A stretch of DNA of 64,000 nt, taken from Octopus vulgaris (lineage: Eukaryota). The stretch lies in contig OX597824.1 of assembly GCA_951406725.2 (NCBI GenBank), positions 65,534,001 to 65,598,000 on the forward strand. Direction: 5' to 3'. Every line of letters begins with the position of its first letter. Position 1 is the first letter of the stretch. Below the pieces are notes generated by a model, which was not told the origin of the DNA, ran no database searches, and was given only the letters and a program-made list of their open reading frames with translations. Of this stretch, positions 55,001-64,000 are shown piece after piece. The translations under genes and the position numbers were made by a program.

Positions 55001-58000
55001 TGTTCTTCCAGTTCTTCCATGTCTGTTTCTTTTCCTTGATGGTCCTGTCAACTACATTGTTCCACCACCCTGTTACCTTGGGTTGAGAGAGGACACAGGT
55101 CTGGTCAGTAGCCCTCAACAAGTTGTTCCATAGGAATCTCCAGTTGTCTTCTACATTATCCGCCTCTATTTCATCAAAAGCTTCAAGTAATACATCTCTC
55201 ATGGAAGCCCCCTGTATGTTGCCCAACATTCTCATTGAAGTCACCAGCCACAAAATAAGGTCTCTGTCATTCATTGACAAGGTAGTCTGCAAGAGGGTGT
55301 CATAAAATCAGTCTTCCTGTTCATCAGATAGCCTTGTTTTTTTTGGTGGTGGTGGTGGTGGGGGGGTTGAAAATAGACGTACAAAATATAAAAATTTGCA
55401 CTAGAAGTTGACTCATTTAATGTCAGAATAGGTTTTTACAGAAAAAATAATGGTTTAAATATAATGAAGTTGACTTTTATTTATGCTGGACAGTATAATG
55501 CTTACTTTTTCCGTATAAATTTATTAAAACCATTAAATGGTTAACTACTTTTTGAAGTCTGACGTTCATGCTGCTAAATACGGTCCGGGCCATATTTTAC
55601 ATTGCTTGCAGTTTCTACCTATTGCAACGGAGCAGCATTGACATACATAGTGATAAGAATATTCCTAACTGAAAAAATGTAATGATATGGATAATCTTGA
55701 TTGTATGTTTCTATTTTTGTCTGTTTATTACTTGACACAGTTTTAAGTTGTTTACACCAATTTTGAACATTGGCTTCATTAACGTTAAAATACCTTCTGG
55801 CAGCTCTGTTGTCACATTCAAATGCATATTTAGCATATTTAATTTCTCCTTCACAGTAAACAATTCATATGTTCTGCCCATACTGACAGTAATGGTAATG
55901 ACAAATTTTTAAATTTACTTAACATTTTATAAGTGTGAAAGTGATTAAGATTTTGACACTCTGTATCAAAGGTTCCAACAAGTATAGGCAGAAAAGAATT
56001 CTGTTTACATAATCAGTTTGACTAGTCACCTTCCTTTGTCAGTTGAGTAAAGTGTCATCCAAGCTGATGTTTATTGGTATTAAACTTAATTTGCAACACC
56101 TGTGCATATTTATTTGTTTTTGTTAGTAATTCTTATCAAGAACTTTTCCTGTGATCGTGATTTGAGAAGACATACAGCAGTATGCTAAAGATCGGACATA
56201 ATCTCTTGTGGGCAAGAAATGTAAAATAAAGTTTATTATAAGCAACACAAACATTTTGTAATTTAATAGCTTTCAATGTGATACCTATTAAATAGAAATT
56301 ATCTTTATTTAATGAAAATTTAAGAAAATCTAATCATAAGTGAAATTATGCTAAGTACAACTAAACTGAAAACCTTTTACCCCTGGCTATATCGGCAATT
56401 CTGAAAACTTTTGGGCACAAATTTTACATAAGTAGAAGCTTTTTTTCACAAATTTTATCCTGAAAATCACCTGCGTAAATTACACGGGTGTACAAATTAC
56501 ATGGATTTTTATGGTATTTAGATGATATCCTAATAAAAAGTGAATCACACAAACATGTAGAACACATAAAGAGGGTATTTGAAAAGATAAGAGAATACAG
56601 TTTTAAGTTAAGTGAAGAAAAATATGAGTTCTTCCTGAAAAAAATTAATTACTTGGGCCAGATAATAGATAAAAACAGACGGAAACCAGATCCATTCAGA
56701 GCAACTGCGATAAAAAATATGCCCACACTGAATAATGTAACTATGCTACAAGCATTCCTGGGATTAGTAAATTACTATCAAATTTATATTCCCAATATAC
56801 ACAATGTAAGGTGGGATGATGTAAAAATTATTGCTAATAGAAATAAATAAAATTACACTCCCTAAAAAAGAAAAAGAAAACTTAAAAGGGGAGATGTTAT
56901 GGGGATGATAGTAATAATGAAATACTCCCGCCACGTGATGAGTGGTATGTGCTAGTCATTACAAATACTGTGACATTGAGCAGTCAGGGTAGTCAGTCAT
57001 AGAGAGTCGTATCTTAATTGTCTAACTAACTGTACTGCTATACTGGAGTGGACGTTATAACAGTCTGACATGCGATTGCAACACACACTGTAACCATAAG
57101 CCATAGATGAGATAGAAAAATTTCTGATGCAAAAATGTTCACTTACCTTGCCTAAATCTTTGCTTTCGTGATATTGCCTCATGTATTTCCCATGACAAAG
57201 TTCATATGTCCAGAAACTTTCAATCTATGAAGGATGAGAAAATTAGCAATCAAAATAATATGTTGATATGCAGGTTAATGAGTGAAGCTGAACATTTAAA
57301 GAAGTCAAGCTGTTGTTGAACAGGAGAAGGGGAAACATATATGGTGACATGTTACACTGAGAACAATATATAAATTTCACATGCAATTTGACTTGCACTT
57401 CTTGATTTCTAGGCAGTGATTCCAGAAGAAAGTAATCTTACTCATTCATCCACCAACATATTGAACCTCTTGCTCATGATTATGCTGTCTTCACACTTTA
57501 CCTTTTCTACTGCTACTACAACTGTCTCTGCTTGCAGAGCGTTAGATAGCTACATACTACCTCCACCAGAACTCACCTGACACATTTGTCTCTCTCTTCC
57601 TCTCATCAGTCATATTGTGTCTTCCTCCTTGAGCCTGGCACTAATCCCTATGCTCATACCTTTCCTATCCATTTTATTTCTTTTTTGACAATCATTGACT
57701 TAAAGATATTGAAACAACATCAACAGCATAAATCTGATCAGCTTCATATGGCCTACAAAGAACATTTCCATAGCCATAGCAAAGACTCAAGTAATAGTTC
57801 ATCTAGAAAAAAGAGTCATGTAATATTTCAGTCAGTTCAGATCCAGTTCCTGAGCTTAACAAAATGCTTAGTAGAATTTATGTCCTGAGTTCAAATTCTG
57901 CTGAAGCTGACTTTGCCTTTTCTCCTTTCAGGGTCAGTGAACTAAGTACCAGTCTTTGTGCTTATAGTGGAAAGAATTCTTCTCCTGATTATTATTATTG

Positions 58001-58211
58001 AAGGTGGTGAGCTGGCAGAATCATTAGCATGTCAGACAAAAAGCTTAAAAGTATTTCTCTCAGCTTTACATTCTGAGTTCAAATTCCACTAAGGTTGACT
58101 TTACCATTCATCCTTTCAGGGTTGATGAAATGAGTACCAGTTGCACACTGCGGTTTATGTAATCAACTTACACCATCCCTTACAATTGCTGGCCTTCTAA
58201 CAAAATTTGAA

Positions 58212-58242
<31 letters not shown>

Positions 58243-61165
58243 GCATCATCATCATCATTGGGCTTAAACCTTGCTATATATGTTGGGAAGTGTGCAACAG
58301 TCCATGACATCTTAAACTTATGGTCCCCAGTAATTCACTATCAAGTGAATATCATACTCATTTACAAAGGACTTCACAAAAAGAATGTCAAACAGCATTT
58401 TTTTTTTTTTTGCATCACAGAAAATATATTTTCTCACACCACAGCCTTATAATATGAAAAATCATGGTATAATTACCCGATATGAACATATTTTTTTATC
58501 GAACATTTTCTGCATGAGTTCTTCTGATGATTCCAGCATTTGGTCTTTTTCAGAAATCTGAGAAAAAGAATAATTATCAAATAAATCAAAAACCACAACA
58601 AAAAACTGAATTAAATGTTATCCAACTGGTTCACAATAATATTTACAAACCAAGAGAGTTGATCTAATAGAAATAGCAGCTAAATCTCTCAAATCACCAT
58701 AAAAAAAAGATAGGACACATTGAATAGTGTACTCTTCAAAAATCAGATACAGCAATCAAAGTTGGAATGTCTTAGATCATAGACCTGCTCAGTCAGACTT
58801 GGCCTTAGGCTAACCAATAACAAACTTTCTAATTTCATATGTAAGAACCAATGAAAGCATTGAATCATTTAGGGCAAATTTGTATTTACTGTCACATCTA
58901 ACTCATACCAACATAGAAAGACAAGTGGTAAGATACATGATCATATCAGACAATAGAGATTATTTTTCTAACATTTACAAAAAAGCACCTCTTAAAGGGC
59001 CTTTTTAAAAATTTTCCAGGAGGTAATAAGTAAAACTGGGCACCAAACCATTAATCCATTAATCAGTAATTAATGAAGTTAACATTTTCATTAACAATTT
59101 AATTTTTAAGTTAACTTTAGAAATAATTATCAGATTAATTAACTTCTGTTACATTTAACTTCCATTAACTCAAGTCAACTTGAGTTAACTTCCATTAACT
59201 TCAATTCAATTGAAGTTCACAGATTTTATAGTTTTGGCACTTTTTAAAGGTGTTTTTAGAACAAAAACCGATTTTTAATTTTTTTCTATAATAAAAATTA
59301 ACCTTAACGGTTTATTGATAACTTCCATTACATTAGGAAATAAACTGATTTATGGTTATCAAGGTTAACTTTTTAGCTAACAGATTAACCGTTAATGAAG
59401 TTAACTTTTTGATTAATGGTGCCCACCTTCGGTAAAAAGCTTCAGGACTTGTTTGCTCTATATGACCATGATGTAAGTAGATCCATAAGTTTTGTACTTC
59501 ATTTACACTTATAACTATAACAAAAGCAGAAGTCATCCATGTTTATTTGTGATATATTGCTGTGGTGTTCCTTATAAATGACATAGAAACACTGGCTCAA
59601 TGCTTGACTTTGCATTCTGTAGTATTAAACAGATACAAATAAAGCAATAGATGAGAGTGTATTTCACTCGGATAACTTTCTTTATGATGTTCTGGTACTT
59701 AATTCTCACAGCTAGGTGAACAAGATACATAGAATATAGTATTAAATAAGAACTATGATTTAGAAAGCTACAGCATTAGAGTTGGGGAAAGGTTAAATAT
59801 ATGAAAACATTATACTTTAATCTAAAAGCTTTTAATAATCTGAATGATTTTTTAATGAAAAGATTCTTTGTCCAAGAGTGATGAGAATGCTTCTGCTAAG
59901 AACCCAAACATGTTAGGAGAATGAGTCTGGATTCTTGTCAACTTGAAGACTGTGTGAGTGATAAGACCATGTGTTGTTGAAGTGTGAAGAATGTGGAGTT
60001 GTAAATTGCACTGCATGGAGTATGTCTCAGAGTTCTTTTGTCAGTAGATAGGATAAGGGTTATGCATTTACAAAGAAAGAATGAGGAAAAAGTTGTGTAG
60101 TACAGAAAGGATGAGGTAGTGATGGTGGCTAGATTAGCCAATGAATTTTATTCAAGTGTTAGCTGATGGTAACAACATTAGCTTCTTTGATCTGCAAGTA
60201 CCTGGCATTTTGAATGTTACATTAGCATCATGATTCAGCATTTTCACATCTGAATAAAAAAAAATAAAACCTTCCACACATGTACTATATTAGACAAAAA
60301 GACTTAGGTAAATGCTGGAGTCAGAAAAACATATTTATTATGAGAGCCACGCATTAGGATTGTGGATTACAGAAGCTATTTTCTTTAACTGACTAGAATT
60401 GAAGGAAACCTGCTGGCTAATCTAAACCTTCCACCAGCCCTATGCAACACAACTTTTACCCCACTTTCTCTGCACAAACATATGGCTCTTCCTGTATCTA
60501 CTCACAATAGATTCCCAACCAGAGAACTTCGAGACATGTCCCATGTTCCAAAATTTAACAAACACTTTCTTCACAGTTCAATAACATGTAGACTTACCAC
60601 CTCCATACAGACTTTAAACTGCAGAGAACACAAATGTATTCTCCTATTCTCTTCACTCCTTGGAAATGGATATCTTTAGCCAAAATACCAGAATATTAAA
60701 TACATTTAAGATAAAATTTTAGTAATTTTAAAAATTCATATTAATCTTTCCCCAAGTGCTTTGCTATGGCTTTCTAAATCACAATTTTTCTTTTTAATAT
60801 TCCACTATGTTTCAAGTAAACAACACTTTTCTAAAAATATAGCATCTTACTCAAACTTTTGGAGATAGTATGGAACATTAGAAGCATTTACTAGGATACT
60901 AGTACAAGATGCATGATAAGAAATGTATGAAGACTACAGAATAAAGATGTAAACTGGCATTGTAACATAAGAACTCTGAGTAGATTTACAGAGAGTGCAT
61001 AGAACACAGGAGCAAAATGAATAGTGATAAATGTGTTGTTAGAAGATGTAAAGAATACAGAATACAGACACTATTTTCAATAAGCCTTTCTTCTGGTAGA
61101 ATACAATGGTATTTTTCTTTATTGTTCGTCATCACCATTACTAGACGTGAACTTGGGAAGTCGAG
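31457..61165 (-). CDS. ERLEC1: Endoplasmic reticulum lectin 1 (XTP3-B/Erlectin), 13 exons, 429 aa in window; signal-peptide exon lies beyond 64000
   Basis: Exons (5'->3') 61165-61070, 58557-58477, 57224-57147, 49050-48987, 44678-44641, 43283-43063, 42310-42184, 39145-38963, 37730-37671, 37441-37332, 35559-35482, 34613-34535, 31531-31457. All GT-AG with compatible phases, 1290 nt. Two MRH domains ([15 protein letters not shown]...CDLTGGPR...EVSTCEY; [16 protein letters not shown]...CEANGKKR...EPKTCEY). Confidence 0.94.
34535..34613 (-). CDS. ERLEC1: ERLEC1 exon [26 protein letters not shown]
   Basis: EPKTCEY motif. Confidence 0.93.
34930..35365 (-). mobile_element. Old RTE LINE internal fragment
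   Basis: Similar to 53520-53950. Confidence 0.55.
35482..35559 (-). CDS. ERLEC1: ERLEC1 exon [25 protein letters not shown]
   Basis: YxDGDxC...R.VEVKL motif. Confidence 0.92.
36547..36694. mobile_element. Small MITE (hAT-like ends)
   Basis: Perfect 12-bp TIR CCAGTGGCATAG / CTATGCCACTGG; no clear TSD. Confidence 0.55.
37332..37441 (-). CDS. ERLEC1: ERLEC1 exon [13 protein letters not shown]...PIGKR
   Basis: LG.W...H..W...NP motif; GT-AG. Confidence 0.9.
37671..37730 (-). CDS. ERLEC1: ERLEC1 exon [20 protein letters not shown]
   Basis: Start of MRH2. Confidence 0.95.
38161..38540 (-). mobile_element. RTE 3'-end fragment or RTE-dependent SINE (others near 41195-41420, 44900-45110, 63136-63270)
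   Basis: (CAT)n tail followed by TTCCATGCTGGCATGGGTTGGA, shared with the RTE 3' end at 52545. Confidence 0.75.
38963..39145 (-). CDS. ERLEC1: ERLEC1 exon VFDKSS...[11 protein letters not shown]
   Basis: FLSG..CL.G motif preceding MRH2. Confidence 0.9.
42184..42310 (-). CDS. ERLEC1: ERLEC1 exon [21 protein letters not shown]...DEAN
   Basis: Phase-compatible GT-AG exon with the conserved INC..GAP.RP motif. Confidence 0.9.
43063..43283 (-). CDS. ERLEC1: ERLEC1 exon VHTRKVDG...LCSHPDF
   Basis: C-terminal half of MRH1 ([16 protein letters not shown]). Confidence 0.95.
44641..44678 (-). CDS. ERLEC1: ERLEC1 38-nt exon (S)[12 protein letters not shown]
   Basis: Acceptor ttattcgcag, donor GTAAGT; needed to restore phase between the flanking exons. 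Confidence 0.8.
45330..46385 (+). mobile_element. Cluster of four piggyBac-like TTAA MITE copies
   Basis: Repeated core TTTTGAAAATAATGAAGAATTTAGTAAAATAACTTTGTCATTATTAA; TTAACCCTTT starts at 46011 and 46175; GGTATCAAAAGG-type ends. Confidence 0.75.
47395..47920 (+). mobile_element. Comparatively young RTE 3' fragment (CpG-rich, (GAT)n tail)
   Basis: Reverse complement of the 52545-52950 family; CpGs retained; internal repeat units of about 55-60 bp. Confidence 0.8.
48987..49050 (-). CDS. ERLEC1: ERLEC1 exon [21 protein letters not shown]
   Basis: EYFLG motif; acceptor tttacag, donor GTAAGT. Confidence 0.88.
50975..51691 (+). pseudogene. Gypsy gag remnant ORF (238 aa)
   Basis: Q-rich N-terminus; [27 protein letters not shown] and DMFKCLIF motifs typical of invertebrate Gypsy gag. 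Downstream frame is broken. Confidence 0.8.
52464..56514. mobile_element. TA-targeting DNA transposon (Tc1/mariner/pogo-like, no intact ORF) inserted in the Gypsy RT
   Basis: TA-CTGTAAAAACAAATGCAATTT / AAATTACATGGATTTTTATGG-TA imperfect TIRs; TA duplication at 52462-52463 and 56515-56516. Confidence 0.75.
52545..55335 (-). mobile_element. 5'-truncated RTE-clade LINE, inactivated
   Basis: ORF pieces 54567-55292, 54237-54566 ([32 protein letters not shown]), 53952-54233 (LSPLLF, YADDL), 53229-53471 (LHGSETW); (CAT)n tail at 52545. Confidence 0.92.
57147..57224 (-). CDS. ERLEC1: ERLEC1 exon [26 protein letters not shown]
   Basis: Start of MRH1; donor GTAAGT. Confidence 0.93.
58477..58557 (-). 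CDS. ERLEC1: ERLEC1 exon ISEKDQ...KICSYR
   Basis: GT-AG, 81 nt, CSYR motif. Confidence 0.9.
59036..59430. mobile_element. MITE with many subterminal GTTAAC/ATTAAC motifs
   Basis: TGGGCACCA...ATTAATC and GATTAATGGTGCCCA inverted ends; dense TTAAC repeats at both ends. Confidence 0.6.
61070..61165 (-). CDS. ERLEC1: ERLEC1 exon [32 protein letters not shown]
   Basis: Acceptor tttgcag; KEKYHCILP motif; donor GTCTGT is weak but phase-compatible. Confidence 0.8.
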
Positions 61166-63629
61166 CTGCAAAGAAAATAAATGACAATAATGAAAATAAA
61201 TAACAAATATTCAGTTATATGCTTTAAGCCAGTAACTGTAATACTGACATTGGAAAGTGTCATAAATTTACCTTAGACTCTTCCCTACCCAACAACTTTC
61301 ACTTAGCATAATTAAAAGCCAGACATAGCTGTGTGGTTAAGAAGTTCACTTCAAAAGCACATGATTAGGGGTTCAATCCTGCTGCAAGTAAATCATTTGC
61401 TGGCATTCTATGCTATTGCTGCGGGTCACCCCATACCTTGTGAGTGAAATTAACAAAAACTGGAGAAGCCTATCATATATCTATGTATGTGTTTATGTGA
61501 AATGGCGTATTTCTGTGAGTGAGTTCATGTTTCTCTTCATCTTTACATGTGTGTTTGTTGACTATAAACAACCATACAAGCAGTATTCTTTGCTTGCAGT
61601 CAACCACAAGGGGCATATCCAGGCTTTTTGACATGCTGTGCAATCTTTGTAAACAAAATTCTTGTTCAAATGGTGCTGTTTGTTTCCACTGCATAACTAT
61701 ATCTAGGCTGTTCATTGTTTGATAGACTGGAGAATTGATACCTTGCTTGGAAATAGATGTGGCTGATGACAGGAAAGGCAACTGCTCCAGCATACACTTC
61801 TCTGACCAGTGCAAACATGAAAAATGGATGTTAAAATAATGGAGATATCGCCATAGAAACAAATGACAGGTGAACATATGCCAGCCTACACACCAATGAA
61901 TCAAAGGCCTATGTCCCATTACCAGTGCTGCTCTTAACTCTCAATGAATTAGTCTGCTTAGAGATAAATAGTCACCATGTAATAATACAAAACACTCAAA
62001 AAATGGAATAAGCTATGTTGTGAAGCAGGTAAGTCAAACATTTTGGGCAGAATTCTTTATCAAAGTGGTACAGTCTACTGTTATGTGTAGCAAGTTCCTG
62101 TATTATCAACAGATGTTTATTCAGCTTCCAGCCCTGAGCTCAAACTCACCCATGGCTCATAAATTATTGTTCCTAGTTTGTCTGTCAGGGCTCTCCCAAG
62201 AATCACAGCATGGTGATGAAGTTTTCATAAATATTCAACACCCCAATAGTTTAAAGGACATTACTTTGATAAGAAACCATTTGGTAAGTGTTTAATCCTT
62301 TCAATGGTTGCTTGAAAGATTCTAAAAATGACATCATTGTTATCATTTCTCTGTTCCTAATAAAAAAAAAAATTAATTAATCGTGCTTAAACAAAAGAAA
62401 TCGATATTTTAGGCTCCAATAATATGGCCTAAATATATTAGAATATCTGATCCAGTGCAACATAAGTGCATATTCAAGTCCTGCAGTAGTTGACTTTGTA
62501 GTTGACTTTGCATTCCTCTGCTCTTAGATCAATAAAACCAGAGTTACTTAACCATAGGTATCAATATTTTACATTATGTTGCTCCCTGTAAAGCAGTGAA
62601 CAACATAATGTAAAACTTGGCTTCTGTGAATCATATGTTGTTTTGTTTTATCCATCAACATCTACATTAAATGCCAATATCTTACTGCAAGTCAAAGAGC
62701 ATACAAAAACACATTGTATAACTGAAAAGAATTTTGTTGCATGAATAGAATAAAGTGTGAGCATTATTTTGACACAAAATATTGTTATATTCATTTATTC
62801 TTTTACTGGTTTCAGTCATTGGACTGCAGCCACAGTAGAGCACTGCATTCAAGCATTTAGTTAATAATGTTTTGTCTGCTATGTATTTTACTAAACCTTA
62901 TTGATAGAGTCTCTAAGTTATAGGTCATAAATATAACAATATAAGCAACAACACTTTTTTAGACCAGTTCAAAAATAACTCTCTCTCTCACACACACATG
63001 CAATGGGATTCTACACAGTTCCCATCTACCATATTTTATTCACATGATATTGATCACCTCAAGACTAAAGTAAAAGAGTAGAAGGCATTTGCCTAAGGTA
63101 GCATGCTATGGGATTTGTAATCACATATATATGAGTCATCATCATCATCATTCAATGTTTGTTTTCCATGATGGCATTGGTTGGATGGTTTGACAGCAGC
63201 TGGCAAGCCAGAAAACTGCACCATGATTTTTATGACTGGATGCTCTTCCTAATACCAACTACCTTGTGTGTGTGTGTGTCATTTAATACACACACAAAAA
63301 AAGGCTACTAATAGTTTCATGTTGTAGAGATACAAGAATTTGGCATATTTTATAACACATCATGTGTCTCCAAGCAATCTTTTGGAGTCAGTGCATACCA
63401 TGAAACCTAGTGAAAACCAGGACGCTGGTCTGTGAGAAAATATGAGGAAAAAATGGGAAGGACAAGAAGAAGGTTGATGCAAAAAGTGGAATAAAAAGAA
63501 AGCAAAAAAAAAGTACGAAAACCAAGATTTTTGTCCCCATTGTAGAAATAACAATTAATCTAGCTGGTCTAGAATAATATAACAGTGCAGGTTAAAATCT
63601 GTGAGATAGCTACTCAATCTTAAGAGGGA

Positions 63630-64000
63630 GATATCTCCAGTTTGACAAAAGAAATTTGTCTTTGTACTTGCATTTGCTAAAAATTTTGCATCTAGAGTTG
63701 AGTAGTGTGGTGGAATTCTTGGATTTCAAAAGAATGTGTAATATTTCAGCTACACTTAACTTCCATCTCTTTGATCCATTTATATAGGGTTTAAATTTCT
63801 CCATGATTCTCCACTTGATTGTATGGGCTGTGCAGTTGACCTTCAGAACCCATACATGGATAACCAACTTAGTGGCTTTATCTTTATCAATGTGTCAAAA
63901 AGAAGACTATAAGTAGCTCTTTTTTGTGTATATTAAATGATAGTAACCTCTTACTAGACAGTGTACTTCTTTGTTGATCCTTCCTATAATGGAACACTAA
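63630..64000 (-). mobile_element. Penelope-like element C-terminal region (downstream of GIY-YIG), continues off window
   Basis: WRIMEKFKPYINGSKRWKLSVAEILHIL...LLNSRCKIFSKCKYKDKFLLSN matches the Penelope W.I....PY...SKRC.LC..EK..I...LN.R.E....CRH..K.LL pattern. Confidence 0.75.

Larger units (their letters stand above)
50683..57083 (+). mobile_element. Gypsy/Ty3 LTR retrotransposon, dead, internally deleted (no RNase H/integrase) and interrupted by nested elements
   Basis: LTRs 50683-50864 and 56895-57083 (TG...CA), TSD CATAC/CACAC, PBS-like TGGTGATGAGG at 50866, PPT AAAAGGGGAGA before the 3' LTR. Gag 50975-51691, CCHC knuckle near 51843, protease LDNGS near 52015, RT FSKLDL..AY / LPFG / Y|LDD. 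Confidence 0.93.

Noticed and set aside
57880-58200. tRNA-like GAGTTCAAATTC motifs
   Set aside because: They belong to dispersed SINE copies; no intact cloverleaf is visible.

Overview
AT-rich, repeat-dense eukaryotic DNA. The SINE, RTE and MITE families resemble those of coleoid cephalopods (Octopus-like; inferred from repeat style, not from a database search). Three spliced genes are supported. (1) The 3' end of an unidentified + strand gene (exons 4242-4476 and 13405-13429) ending in a class I PDZ-ligand-like ...CSNSTTV*. (2) A complete 3-coding-exon TRMT61A (tRNA m1A58 methyltransferase, 341 aa) on +. (3) Thirteen exons of ERLEC1/XTP3-B (two MRH domains) on -, whose first exon lies beyond the window. 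The rest is decayed transposons: several mariners, a CRE-like RLE retrotransposon fragment, Penelope and CR1/L2 pieces, many SINEs and MITEs, and a three-level nest (Gypsy > DNA transposon > RTE) in an ERLEC1 intron. The most unusual non-genic feature is a 269-bp inverted copy of TRMT61A intron 1 inserted in a mariner about 5 kb away. All 12 differences between the copies are transitions, and one breakpoint sits at the centre of a perfect 26-bp palindrome. Most short ORFs in the supplied track are microsatellite or repeat noise. All alignments and coordinates were done by eye.
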